Source of the DNA: Chiloscyllium plagiosum
Taxonomy: Eukaryota
Direction of reading: 5' to 3'
DNA length: 64,000 nucleotides
NCBI RefSeq assembly: GCF_004010195.1
Contig: NC_057718.1
Span: 79,065,852-79,129,851 of the forward strand
This document shows, piece by piece, positions 27,520 through 40,730 of this stretch. A program made the translations under genes and the position numbers. Within the stretch, counting starts at the first letter, position 1; the number at the start of each line of letters is the position of its first letter. The notes under the pieces are model-generated. The model had not been told where the DNA came from. It saw nothing but the letters and a program-made list of their open reading frames with translations, and searched no databases.

Positions 27520-28022
27520 ACAAGAGAGGGTACAGAAAATGTTTACCAGAATATGTATAAAAGTTGCCTGGTATGGGGGATTTTAGCTATGAAGAAAGGT
27601 TGGAGAGACTAGGTTTGTTTTCAGTGGAACGCAGGAGGTTAAGGGGCTACCTAATAGAAGTTTATGAGGTTGTGAATGGCATGGATGGAGTGGGAAGTAT
27701 GAGGCTTTTCCTAGGGTGGAGAGGTCAATTACTAGGGGACACAGATTCAAGGTGAGAGAGGGGGGAAGTTTAAAAGAGACGAATGAGGTGAGTTTTTCTA
27801 CACAGTTTTGAGTGCCTGGTACGTGTTGCCAGACCAGGTGGTGGAAGCAGATACACAAGCAGCATTCAGGAATTACCTGGACGAATACTTGAATAGAAAG
27901 GGAATAGAGGGATACGGATCCTGTAAGTGAAGACAGTTGTAGTATTGAAGGGCAAAACGTGTCAGCGCAGGCTTGGAAGGCTGAAGGGTCTGATCCTGTC
28001 CTGTATTGTTCTTCTCGTTGTT
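27520..28022 (+). mobile_element. CR1 3' fragment
   Basis: ORF 27564..27755 (YEERLERLGLFSVERRRLRGYLIEVY). Confidence 0.88.
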
Positions 28023-29237
28023 CCAAGTTTGAAACTGTAAAAGAAACTGGTTAGACCACAATGAGAGTAGGATGTTCAGTTCAGGTCACTGTACTTTATG
28101 ATGCACATAAGGGTCCTTCAGAGGGTACAGAGGAGACTGAACAGAATTACTCCAAGGATGAGGGACCTTGGTTGCAAGGTTTGATTGGTGAAATTGGGGT
28201 TGTTCTCTTTGGAGCAAAGACAATTAAGATGAAGTTTGATATGAGCGTATGAGATTATGACAGGTTCATATAAAGCAGGCAAAGCAATATTGTTCCTGTT
28301 AATGATAAAAGGATGAGGGGGGGGCTAATTTAAGGTTTTAGCTGAGGGAAGGTAGATGGTGTAGTGATGATGTCACTGGGTTCGGACTCCAGAGGTCTGT
28401 GCTAATGCACTGGGGGCATGGATTGTCTGACCCATAGTGGTGCAATTTTACTTCGCTTATTAAATCAGAGACTAAAAGCTAGTCATAATCATAACCATTG
28501 CCTTAAAATACATCTGGTTCACTCATGTGCCACTCTAGACTCTCAGCATTGTGCTTTAACACTGCAATACTCTTTAAAATAGCCAAATAATCCTTTCGGT
28601 TGTATCAGAGTCCTGAGCCCTTTAAAAAGAAAAGGACAGAAACCAGACAGCCTACCTGGTATTGTCATGTCATTTCCAGTGCCTAATACAATCTCAAATC
28701 CAATCTCACCAACCCTGCAAGTTATCTTTATCACTCTTTAGGGGTTGATGCCAAAATTGCACAAGTTGACCTGCAGACTAGTCAAGCCACAGCCTGACAT
28801 AGTGAGTCATTGAGTCATACTTTGGAGAAATGTCCCAGACATTTGATGTGGTCTATATGGACTTTAACAAGGATTTTGATAAGATCCTTCAGGGCAGACT
28901 GGTCCAGAAAGTAAGAGCCTATAGAATGCAAGGTAAAGTGTATTGTTGGATCCAAAATTGGCCAACAGGAAGCAGAAGGTAATGGGAGAGGGATGTTTCT
29001 GTGACTATTTCGATTGGAGTTCAAAAGGGCTCAGTGCTGGGTCCCTTGATGTTTGTGGTGTACATTTAATGATTTGGAGTTAAATGTGGGATGTGGATAT
29101 GATCAAGACATTAATGAATGTTACAAGGAGGATAGCTGTTAACTGCAGGTGGATATCAAAGGATTAGTCAGGTGTGCAGAGCAGTGGCAAGTGGAATTCA
29201 ACACAGAAAAATTAGGTAACACAGTTGAGGAGGCCTA

Positions 29238-29354
29238 GGACAAAGTGAGGACTGCAGATGCTGGAGATCAGAGTCAAGAGTATAGTGCTGGAAAAGCACA
29301 GCAGGTCAAGCAGGAGAGTTGACGTTTTGGGCATAAGCCCTTCATCAGAAATCG
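29238..29354 (-). mobile_element. Short Penelope-like terminal fragment with a 14-bp TSD, inserted in a CR1 RT remnant (about 28840-29860)
   Basis: TSD gttgaggaggccta at 29224-29237 and 29355-29368; minus strand reads ctgatgaagggcttatgcccaaaacgtc. Confidence 0.8.
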
Positions 29355-30714
29355 GTTGAGGAGGCCTACCAAGGTTAAGAATTACACTGAATGGTAGGAT
29401 CCAAGAAAGTACTGAAGATTAGAGGGGCCTTGGTATACATGTTCACAGATCCCTATGCAGCAGGATCAGAGACAGGGTGGGCTACTTGCCATTATTAGCC
29501 AAGACACACAATACAAGAGCATGGAGGTTATGTTGAAACTGTGTAAAACGCTGTAGACCACAACTGGAATACTGCGTACATTTCTGGTCACCACATTATA
29601 TGGATGTGATGCGATGTGATTGCACTAGAAGATGTGGAGACCCCCCCCCCCCCCCCAAGTGAGTTTGGAAGTCTGGAATTCACAGCCTGAAAGGATGATT
29701 GAGAGTCAGAAATTCTCAGAACAGTTGAGCAGTATTTAGATGTTCATTTGCATATGGGCTGAAAGTAAAATTGGATTAGTGTAGTTAGGTCTTTGTTCTC
29801 AATATGTACGAGATGAGCTGAAGGCCCTCCTTCTCTGTCCTAAAGGCCTGAGTATGTATCACCATCACAATGCTTGGGTATGCCCTGTTTTACTGACAAC
29901 CAGACCTGCAACCATGTTGTTTACAGTCTGAAGGAAACTGCTCTGGGAATCTCCTCCAATCTTAAGTTTGAACCCATGAAGCTTTATGGAATTAGGTGAC
30001 AGGCAAACAAATATCTTAATGTGGCGACCCCCTCCATACCCCCACACAGGTGCACGCAGAGCTGATGAAACACTACCTCTCCATTCACCAATTCATAGAG
30101 TGATTGGGAGGTAGCAGTTGCTCAGAATATACCCTGGATGGCCCTTCAATGACCATCACCAAATTGCGTATTAGCAGCATTAATCTCACCAATCTACCTA
30201 TCACCAATTCAGTTGACCAGGATAGTATTAATAGGAGCAACTGTTGTACAATCCATGTGGAGACAAAGGCCTCTCTTTCACATTGAGGATACCCCTCAGT
30301 TGTGTTATGTGGCTACCACTGGGCTAGGTTTCCTTTTGATCCAATATGTTAAAATGTAAGCACGCATAAGGTTTTGTAGGTCATCAGCAAAATTATACTC
30401 AACCACAATCTGTAACCCAGAGACCCTGCATGTCCCTCACTCTATCATTATTACTACACTTAAATATCAACTCTGCTTTAATAAAGTATGTAGGATATGC
30501 CAAGAGCAGCCCTTATCTTAGCTATAATCAGGGTGTCAACCGGGTAAAGCTAGCATGCAGGACCACTTGTATGGCAAACATTGGATACAGTGTATAGTAG
30601 ACAGAATAAGCGTCACGCAACCAATGAATCAGACTTAAGCTTTGCAATCCTGGTGGTTGATGATTAAATAACCAACATAAATATACCCTCTTTATGAAAG
30701 CAAAGTGCAGTACA

Positions 30715-32610
30715 TCTTGGAAATCTGCAACAAACACTGAAAATGGGGACGCTCAGTTGGTCTGGCAACATCTGTGGAGAGAGAAAAACAAAGTTAACGT
30801 TTCAATTCCAGTATCACCCTTAAGGATACTATAAGGGATTTGAAATGGCTTTTTATTGTTTTAGCAGAGGTGACAGAGGGGTGATGGGAGCAAGCGGTCT
30901 GTAGGCCAAGTTTAAAAGACAAAGGGGTTGTGAATGGTGGTGGAAGAGAAAAGGAGCTGCAAAATCAGTGGAATTTCAGGTTGAGAATGGATCCTCTCTG
31001 CTGAGAACAAAAGATAAGGCTGGATGAAGGGTAGCCAGGAGGTGGGAGAAGGGAGGAGAAAGAGGGGTGGGTGAGATTTAAGACAATGTAGGAAAAATGG
31101 AGAACAGATGTCACGTGGTCAGGCTGTCAAGTTATGCAATTCAATATTGAGTACTAGAGGCTTTAATGTGCCCAAAGCGGAAATGAAATGTTGTTCCTTG
31201 AGCTTGCGTCATGCTCCATTGGAACATTGCAGCAAGCCAAGGAACGTGATGTTAGAATGAGAGCAAGATGATTTAATGGAATAACAAGTAATTTAAAGGT
31301 TGGGGCTATTCCAATGGAAGGGTTCGGTGTAGCAGTCACCCAGTATGCGTTTGAACTGGTCAGTGTAAAAGAGACCACAGTTTGAGCAACAAATAAAAAG
31401 GTGTTTCACCTAGGAGTGTGTTTTGGACCTTGGACAGTGACGAGGGAAGAGGTGAATGGGCAAGTGTTGCACCTTCTACAGTTGCATAGGAAGGTATCAT
31501 GGGGCAGTGAGGAAATGTTAGGAATGAGCGAGGCAGTCACCGAGGGACCAGTCCATGTGAAATGCTAACAGTGGAGGAGAGGGCAAGATGTGTTTGGTGG
31601 CATCTAGGTGGTGTAGAAATTGCAAAGGATGATCCTTTGAATGGGTCATTAGTAGTTTAGAAAGAGGGAGCTAGGCAAACCCAGTCATTGCTTGAAAAGA
31701 GGGGATGAGGACAGAATTGAGGAAGATGATTCGGACACAGCTGAAGGCCTTTCAACCACAGTGGGAGTGGAATCCCTGCTTGAGGTGGAAGTGGTCATGT
31801 CAGAGCCAATCCCAATGGACATTAGCGTAAACGGAGCAGATGTAACAGAATAACTTTGGAGAATGGAATGGAATCCTTGGAAATAGCAGCATACGAAGCA
31901 GTGTATTTGAGGTGTCTGTGGGCTTTTAATGGGTATCAGTGGACACCTATCTCCAAAACTGAAACCAGTGAAGTCAGTGAAGGGTCGGAGATGGAGGTAA
32001 CAGAAAAGAATTTGGAAGCAAAACTGATGAATTGTTCCAATTCTGGATGAGGGTAAGACACAGCTCTGGGATGTGCAAAGGGTGGTGGAAATCTGAATGC
32101 ATTATCTGGGAGGGCAGTTAAGGCAGGAAACCTCACAATCATCAAAAGTACATATATGAGCACTTGAAACGTCATAACATTCCAGGCTATGGGCCACGTG
32201 CTAGAAAGTTGGGATTCATGTAGAAAAGTTGGCACAGATTATATGGGCCAAAGAGCCTCTTCTGTGCTGTATAAAACTATTGCATCATCGCTGTATTGGA
32301 GAAAGAGTTGTTGGTGGTGGCCCACGTAGACCCACGCACCCAACAAAGAGGCAGGCATTGCTGGGACCCAAACTGATCCCACAGAGACACCTTTGACTTG
32401 TGAAGGTGAGATGAGTTAAAGAAGTTGTTCAAAGCAAGGATGAGCTCAGCCTGGCAAAGGAGGCTGGAGGTGGATTGAGATTGAACATGCCTCTTTTCAA
32501 GTGAGAGGTAAAAGGCCTTCAGACCTTCCTGTTGGGGAATGGGTGTGTAGAGGGATTGCCATGATGATGAGGAAGTGGCTAGTGTTAGAAAACTAGAAGT
32601 TGTGGAATTA
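30715..32610 (-). mobile_element. Decayed Penelope-like element body with a small CR1 3' insert (about 32080-32275)
   Basis: Terminal motif ggtctggcaacatctgtggagagaga. Minus ORF remnants: LYTPIPQQEGLKA...LILALNNFFNS and LEQFISFASKF...ISD (Penelope RT-like). Confidence 0.65.
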
Positions 32611-32699
32611 ATATAATACATTGGATATTCCTATTCTTAAAAATGAGGAGATCCAGCACATTTGTGTAAAAGATAAGACAGAAGCATTGACATTTGTGA

Positions 32700-33215
32700 G
32701 ACCTCTTTGGCAGTATTATGTTCAGTTCTGGTCACCTTACTACAGGAAGGATATTATTAAATTGGAGAGGGTTCAGTAAAGATTTACCAGAATGTTGCCA
32801 GGAATGGAGGGTTTGAGTTATAAAGATAGGCTTGGACTCCCAAGAGTGTAGGAAGTTGAAGGGTGAACTTAGAGGTTTATAAAACCATGAGGGGTATGGA
32901 AAGGGTGAATAGCAAGGGAATTTTCCCTCGGGTGCTGGAGTTCAAAACTCAGGGGCATATTGTTACGGTGAGAGGAGAAAGTCTTCAAAACGTCATGAGG
33001 GACAATTTGTTTTTTTTTACACAATGTGGTTAGCATGTGGAATGAACTGCCGGTGGAAGTGATTGATGCAGTTAGAACATTTTAAACACATTTGGATAAT
33101 TACATGAAAACAAAAGGTGTGGAGGGATATGAGCCAATCACAGGCAGGTGGGATTAGTTTAGTTTGCGAACGTGGCTGGCGTTGACTAGTTGGACCATGC
33201 TGTGTGACTCTGTAA
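32700..33215 (+). mobile_element. CR1 3' fragment
   Basis: QFWSPYYRKDIIKLERVQ-like remnant plus 3' UTR. Confidence 0.85.
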
Positions 33216-33464
33216 CTGTGATTCTATTTGCAACCGTCATCTTCAGCTAGAAGTGCTAACTGCATGATCCAGCTGGATCTTTGCTTCAGGTCCCCAGTAT
33301 TTATCATGCCAGTCTTCAGCCAATTTGATTTGCTCCAGGAAATCCAGAAACTGGCACTGGATACTACAAAAGGATATGGACCCTGAGAACATTTCAGCAA
33401 TATTGTTGAAGACTTTACTATATAATTAGCTTTGCCCTTATCCAAGTTATTTAGATCAGGTGTA

Positions 33465-34922
33465 CCTTAGACCTCTGGAAAGCTAGGGAAGTGATTGCTG
33501 GGCTCCTTCCTGAGATATTTGTATCTTTGATAGTCACAGGTGAGGTGCCAGAAGACTTGGAGGTTGGCTAACGTAGTGCCACTATTTAAGAAAGGTAGTA
33601 AAGAAAAGCCAGGGAAATATAGACCAGTGAGCGTGACATGGATGGTGGGCAAGTTGTTAGAGGGAATCCTGAGGAACAGGATTTACATGTGTTTGGAAAG
33701 GCAAGGACTGATTACAGACCGTTAGCATGGCTTTGTGTGTGTGAAATCATGTCTCACGATCTTGATTGAGTTTTTGAAGAAGTAACAGAGAATTAATGAG
33801 AGCAGAGCAGTCGATGCGATCTACATGGACTTCAGTAAGGCATTCGACAAGGTTCCTTATAGGAAGTCTGGTTAGCAAGGTTAGATATCATGGAATACAG
33901 GGAGAATTAGCGATTTGGATACAGAACTGGCTCAAAGGTAGAAGACTGGGTGATGGTGGAGGGTTGTTTTTCAGACTGGAGGCCTGTGACCAGTGGTGTG
34001 CCACAAGGATCGGTGTTAGGTCCACTGCTTTTCATCATTTTATGTAAATTGTTTGGATGTGAACAGAGGAGGTATAGTTACTAAGTTTGCAAATGACACC
34101 AAAATTGAAGGTGTAGTGGACAGCAAAGAAGGTTACATCAGAGTACAGCAGGATCTTGATCAGATGGGCCAATGGGCAGAGGAGTGGCAGATGGAGTTTA
34201 ATTTAGATAAAGGCAACGTATTGCATTTTGGAAAAGCAAATCAGAGCAGGACTTATACACTTAATGGTAAGGATGAGTGTATTGCTGAACAAAGAGACCC
34301 TGGAGCTCAGGTTCATAGTTCCTTGAAAATGGAATCGCAGCTAGATAGGATAGTGAAAAAGGCATTTGGAATATTCCTTTATTGGCAGAGCATTGAGTAT
34401 AGGAATTGTGAGACTGTACAGGACATTGTTTAGGCCAGTTGTGAAATATTGTGTGCAATTCTGTCCTTCCTATTGGAAGGATGTTGTGAAACTTGAAAGG
34501 GTTCAGAAAAGATTTGCAAGGATGTTGCCAGGATTGGAGAATTAGAGCTATATGGAGAGGCTGAATGGACTGGGGCTATTTTCCCTGGACCGTTGGAGGC
34601 TGAGAGGTAACCTTATAGAGGTTTATAAAACCATGAGGGACATGGGTAGGATAAACAGACAAAGTATTTTCCCAGGAGTTAGGGGAGTCCAGAGCTAGAG
34701 GGCATAAGTTTAGGGTGAGAGGGGAAAGATATAAAAGGGACATAAGGGGCAATGTTTTTACACAGAGCATGGTGTGTTTATGAAATGAGCTGCCAGAGGA
34801 AGTGGTGGAGGCTGGTACAATTACAGCATCTAAAAAGCATATGGACGTGTATATGAATAGGAAGGGTTTGGACGGATATGGGCTGGGTGCTGGCAAATGG
34901 GGCTGTACATCTTTATGACTCT
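33465..34922 (+). mobile_element. CR1 LINE ORF2 (RT) 3' 1.45 kb, frameshifted
   Basis: WRLANVVPLFKKG, DFSKAFDKV, KFANDTK, WAEEWQMEFNLDK; tail catctttatgactct. Confidence 0.93.
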
Positions 34923-35683
34923 GACGTAACTGCAACACTCTGCACTAACCATTGTGGAAAATTGCCCAGAAATGTCCTGTGCTTAAAAAACAAGGCAAAT
35001 CTAACCTGATCAGTTGCTTCCCTGTCAAACCACTCCTGATCACCAGCATAGTGATGAAGAGGTTTGTTGATAGTTCTGTCAGATAGCTCTTACTCAGCAG
35101 GAGTATACACATTGCTCAGTTTGGGTTCTGCCAGGATCGCTCAGCTCCTACTTCATCCCAATCTTGGTTCAAACGAGATCAAAAAAGCTCAACTGCAGAT
35201 GTAAGCTGAGAATGACTTCGAGGCAACATTTGAATTTGTATAGCATTAAGAATGCGTAGCAGAATTGCATTTGATGAAAATTGAGTACAGGGAGTTGTTC
35301 AGTCCCAGACCATCACTGGAGCAGTTTCTCATCAGCTTTAACCACTTTCAGCTGCCTTATCAATGATCTCCCTCAGTCATAAGGTCAGAAGTGAGGATCT
35401 TTGCTGATGATTACAGAAAGCAGCCCACTAATACGCAGTGTCAGCAGTTTACTATCATGTGCAAGTTGTGTGACAGTAACTCAGGAGTTTCCTCTAACAA
35501 CACTTTTAAAAACCTGCAACCTGTACCATTAGAAGGATGTTTGCGATAGATTCATGAGAATATCACGACCTGCGCATTTCCCTCCAAGCCACATACTGCC
35601 CTAACCAGGAGCAAAATTACAGTCCCTTCACTGTTGCCTGGTCAAAATGTTGGAACACTTTTCACAGCAGCACGATGGACGTA

Positions 35684-35884
35684 CAGATATTTCTTCTATA
35701 AAGCAATGGTTGCATTCTTGTGTAACTCCACATTATAGAAAAATCGCACTTTAGAAATAGAGCTTAAAGTGTTGGCAATGAAATTGTTTTATAAGTTCGC
35801 ACTTTAGAAACAGTGTCCTCATTTTGTCAATCACGTTATAGCGAATTCGCCTTATCGAAACACAGGTTATAGCAGAAAAATCTG
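35684..35884. mobile_element. MITE (Tc1/mariner-Tigger type) with TA target duplication
   Basis: TA|cagatatttcttctataa ... ttatagcagaaaaatctg|TA, imperfect TIRs, inside a decayed LINE (about 34930-36000). Confidence 0.75.
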
Positions 35885-36252
35885 TACCTGCACCATGCAC
35901 ACATGCGCACAACACTGCAATATTCAAGAAGATCAATACATGTTGATGGCTGATCCGGGATGGTTAATAACTGGTGGACCAATCAGTGATACCTACATAG
36001 CTGATGAGGGCGAACAAGTAACACAGCAAATAGTAATGTTCTCAATCTTTCGGCCTGCAAGGGAAGTGAATGCAAAGACGATGAATGATTTTAAAAGAAA
36101 TTTGTGCATTTAAGAGAGATAAACTTGCTAGTCTATGGGGACTGAGCAGGAAAATAAGACTGCTTAGATTGTTCTTCTAACAGCATAACCAGATCAAAGC
36201 AAGACCATAAGGGATTTACTAAAGCATAACGGCTTTTCCCCTCTGTAAATGA

Positions 36253-36980
36253 GGAGCTGGTGGCAAAATGATAATGTTACTGGGCTAGTGATATAGAAGT
36301 TCTGGGCACATGGGTTTGCATCACACCATGGCAGATGGTGAAATTCAAATTCAATTTTTTTTTTAAATCTGAAATTTAAAAAATAAATAGCCTAATCTAG
36401 TGACATCTGATTGTTGTAAAGTCCCATCTGGTTCACTGATATCATTCAGGGAAGGAAATCTGCCATCCCTACCTGCTCCTCTTATGCTTTGAGAAGCACA
36501 GCATTGTGGTTGAATCCTAACTATCATCTTGGCAACTTGGGATATGCAATAAATGCCCTCATGTGATAAACACATAAAACATAGGAGCTAGCTCCTATGA
36601 ATAACATTGTGGTAATAAGCATTTTTATTTGTAATGTTGACGGAGGGGCACTGGGAACATCTGCTTTCTTTCACATTCTCATATGGGATATGAGTGTTGT
36701 TGACAAAGCTGGCTTTTGTTACCTATCTGTGATTACCCTTGAGCTGAGTGGCTTGCTAGGCTTTATCATAGGGCAATTAAGAGTCAACCACATCACTATG
36801 GGTCTGGTATTGCGTTAGGTGAGGACAGTAGATTTCCTTCCCTGGCGGATATTAGTGAACCGGATGGATTTTTGCAACAATTGTAATGGTTACAATGTTA
36901 GACTGTAGCTTTCACCATTTGCCATGGTGGGATTCAAACCTGTTTCTGCAGTGAACCCGCCACTATGCCACTACCACCTT
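36253..36980. mobile_element. Two inverted copies of one SINE family (+ about 36253-36570; - about 36680-36980)
   Basis: catggcagatggtgaaa / ttcaccatttgccatg and ggttcactgatatc...gggaaggaaatctg / agatttccttccctggcggatattagtgaacc are reverse complements. Confidence 0.7.
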
Positions 36981-38070
36981 TCGAAATAAAGTTAATGAAG
37001 TCTTTCTACACCCATCTTGGCAGGGCCTCTGTTTGATGTCTCATCTGGTAAGTGGGGTTGCAGTGTTAGCTTTGATTCTTGTGCTGAGAAAGGACTTGAA
37101 CCCATGATCTCCTGACTCAGGCAAGACTGACTGTGGTACAATTGGTTGCAATGTTAACTTGTTTAGTAATATCACTGGGTAAATTATGCCTGACATCCTA
37201 TTGAAATATATACATCTTGAATAAAGATCAAACCAGATCATTATTCCTGAGCATATGTAGTGGAAGAGCCTTTCTCTCAAATTATACAAATAAACTACCC
37301 ACCATGTATAGTTCTCAAATTTTTGCTTGGGCAGTAAATTTTGGCAGTTTTGTTTATTTTGAAAAAAAGTAACTTCACAGTTTCTGGGTTTTTGTATTAA
37401 TGGGTGCAAGTGACAGGACATGGAGCTTATAAAGAACAAGTTCTGGTTCACGTTGTGAATGGTTAGTTAATTTTTAAATTTGTTCTCTGCAATTTGTGAT
37501 TTGCTGTTGAAGCACTGATGTAGTATTAGTGGATACTGTAATAGAGAATGAAGCCAAATTGGTATTTGAGTGCAATAAGAATGATTGAGGCTTTCAGAGA
37601 TGGTATTGGTGGAGTGCAGTAATGTTGGGGAGAAGAACTTAGAATAGTGTGATAAAGTTCAGCAATTTTAGAGTGTGGGGCTTTGTAGGATGGTTTTATG
37701 GGCTGAGGCAGAAATCCAATTTATTATAGAAGTTGAAAACGTATTCATATGTGAGAGAAAGATTTTGAAATGCTAATGCTACCAAACTATAGAAAATTCC
37801 AAGAAGCTATTATGAATTTTAAAGTTTAAACTTGTTTATGGAAATATTATGGTAGTTTTTACAATGTTTAAAAATATTGTTTTAACATTCATTTAATATG
37901 TTAATGTTTCTATTTAAACTAAATAGTTCCGATGGCTTGGTTATGTTGCTTGATCAGATTGGAATATTCTCAGCAAATAATAAATTATATTTTATATTGG
38001 TATCGTGAATTTGGATAAATTGCCACTACTTAACCTGCAAAACTAATTTTTTTATATTCCCTCTCCTCAG

Positions 38071-38220
38071 ATTAATAATTTATTGTTGGTCGTCATGCAG
38101 TCTTCCCATCTTGTGAATCAACGTAAAACATTTCAACAATCCATACAAAATCTAATGTCTCTGCACCGTGAACAAACATCCAGCCAGCCTGTTATAGCCA
38201 AAGCTTTAGAACAGCTGAAG
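38071..38220 (+). CDS. MAP3K4: MAP3K4 coding exon (INNLLLVVMQS...QTSSQPVIAKALEQLK), phase 0-0
   Basis: cctcag|ATT and AAG|gtatat; 150 nt. Confidence 0.95.
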
Positions 38221-38440
38221 GTATATTCTGCCTTGTTCACATTTATCCATATTCCCATTCTTTAGAACTTTTATCAGGAATAGGCGATCTCATGATACAA
38301 GATCATCTCTGATCCATTATGCTGAGATTGTATTGAAATCAAGTGTTTGTGACATTTTACAGTTACTTAAGCTAATATTCTCCAAGACATGCCTCCATCA
38401 TATTATGTGTTAATTGTGTTAGATCTGAACAGAAAATTTC

Positions 38441-38443
<3 letters not shown>

Positions 38444-38486
<43 letters not shown>
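38444..38486. repeat. (AC)n microsatellite
   Basis: Direct reading; about 21 perfect units. Confidence 0.97.
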
Positions 38487-38489
<3 letters not shown>

Positions 38490-38939
38490 TGTTGGAGAGA
38501 CCCAGTAGGTCTGGCAGCATCTGTAGAGAGAAAACAGAGTTAACATTTCGAGTCTGGTGGCTGTTCTTCAGAAAAGTTTTGAAATTTTTAAAAAATTGCT
38601 TACCATCTGCTTTGTTATCTCGCTTCCTATTTCAAGACTGTCTTGGCTATCTTGTGGGGCTATAAAACAGTCAATATGAATCTCTCATCCTACAACCCAC
38701 ATCCTGCACCTCAGCAGGAGCAGCACTACTGTTAACCACGTTGCATTATACATTAAAACTTAAACCATTAAGGGAATGAGCAACTTAATAATTTCATTTT
38801 TTTTTGCTATAACAAGTGTTACAAACATTTATAAAGAGGGATAAAGCAAAACCCATTGTAATGTGAGATTAAAACAAATCTTAAGCCTAATTTTGTAAAC
38901 ATAGTTAAAAATAATGCCTTACACTGATTACTTTTTTTA

Positions 38940-40730
38940 AAATTCACTTGTGGGACATGGGCATCGCTGGCTGTCCAGCATTTATTACCTATCCCTAGTT
39001 ATGCTTGAAAAGATGGTGGTGAACTGCTGCACTCCACGTGGATAGCCCCGCAATGCCATTAGCGAGGGAATTCCAGGATTTTGACCTTGTGACAGTGAGG
39101 GAATGACAATATATTTCCAAGTCAGGATGATTAGTGGCTTGAAGGGGGACTTGGATGGGCTAATGTTCCCATTTAACTGTTGTCCTTGTCCTTCTAGATG
39201 AAAGTGAGTTTGGAAGGTGCTTTCTAGGGATGTTTGATGAATTCCTGCAATGATTCTTGCAGATAGCACACACTACTGCTACTGAGTGGTGGAGGGAGTG
39301 GATGTGGTGCCAGTTGGGCAGGCTGCTTTGTCCTGAATAGCATCAAACCGTGTTGTTGAAGCTGCGTCCATCCAGGCAAATGGATAGTATTCCATAACAT
39401 CCTGACTTGTGCCTTGTAGATAGTGAAAAGGCTGTGGGGAGTCAGGAGGTGAGTTACTTGCTGTGGTATTCCTAGTCTCTGACCTGCCCTAGTATTTATA
39501 TGGTGAATGTAGTTAAGTCTCTGATCTAGGTAGATCCAAGGTGTTGGTATTGAGGGATTCAGTGATGGTAACACCATTGAATGTTAAGAGGTGATGATGC
39601 AATGGTCATAGCCTACCTTTGTATGGCACAAATAATACTTGCTACATTTCAGCTCAAACCTGGATATTGACCAGGTCTTGTTGCGTTTCAACATGGATTG
39701 TTTCAGCATTTGTGGAGTTGTGAAAGGTGCTGAAAATTATGTATTTATCGGTGAGCATCCCAACTTCTAACCTTATGATGGAGGGAAGGTCATCGATGGT
39801 ACAGTTGAAGATGTTTGGGCCTAGGACACTACCTTGAGCTCTTAAAGAGATGTCCTGGAGCTGAGATGCAGATGTTCAACGCAAACAACCATCTTATGTG
39901 CCAGGTATGTGACAGCAGACATTTTTGATACCCATTGATACCATCTTTGCTAGGACCCCTTGCCACAATCATCGAATGTAGTCTTGATGTCAAGAGCTGT
40001 CAGTGTAACAACACCTCTGGAATTCAGCCTTCTTTTGTCCATATTTGAACTAAGGCTGCAATGATGTCAAGAACTGAATGGCCCTGGCAGATCCCAAACT
40101 GGGTATCAGTGAACAGGTGGTTGTGAAATAGGTGTTGTTTGATGACGCTTAATGACATCTTTTATCATTTATGATTGAAAGTAGACTGATGGGGCAATGA
40201 TTGGCAAGGTTGGATTTGTCGTGCTTTTTCTGTACAAGACATGCCTGAGCAATTTTTCACATTGTTGAGTAGAGGGTTGTGTTATAGCTGAACTGGAACA
40301 GCTTGGTTGGGTTGGTCCTGCTGGAGGGACAAGACATATCCAAGAATGGTAATGGTGGTTTGTGAAGCGTAGTGATACTCATGGAATTATACCTTACACA
40401 ATGTTAGGCTATTTTCTTGACTAGTCTGTGAGAGAGTTCTCCCAGCTTTGACATGAGCCCCCAGATGTTGATAAGGAAGACTTCGCAGGGTCAACAGGGC
40501 TGTTTTCTCCATGGTCTTTTCGAGTGCCTGGATCAATGTTGGGTTATCTGTCTGGTTTTATTTCTTGTTGAGATTTCTTTTCGATTGAAACAACTGAGTG
40601 GCTTGCTAAGCCATTTCAGAGTCCGTTGAGAGTCAGCCACATTGCTGTGTATCTGGAGTCACGTGTGGACCAGACGAGGTGAGGATGGCAGATTTCCTTC
40701 TGTGAAAGATATTAGCGAACCTACTTTTCC
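38940..40730 (-). mobile_element. Decayed CR1/L2-clade LINE
   Basis: Minus ORF 39224..39577 (GQRLGI...HLLTPHSLFTIYKAQVR); 3' end near 38945. Confidence 0.75.

Noticed and set aside
29641..29656. Poly-C run
   Set aside because: Simple homopolymer inside a decayed CR1; length unreliable and no supporting context.
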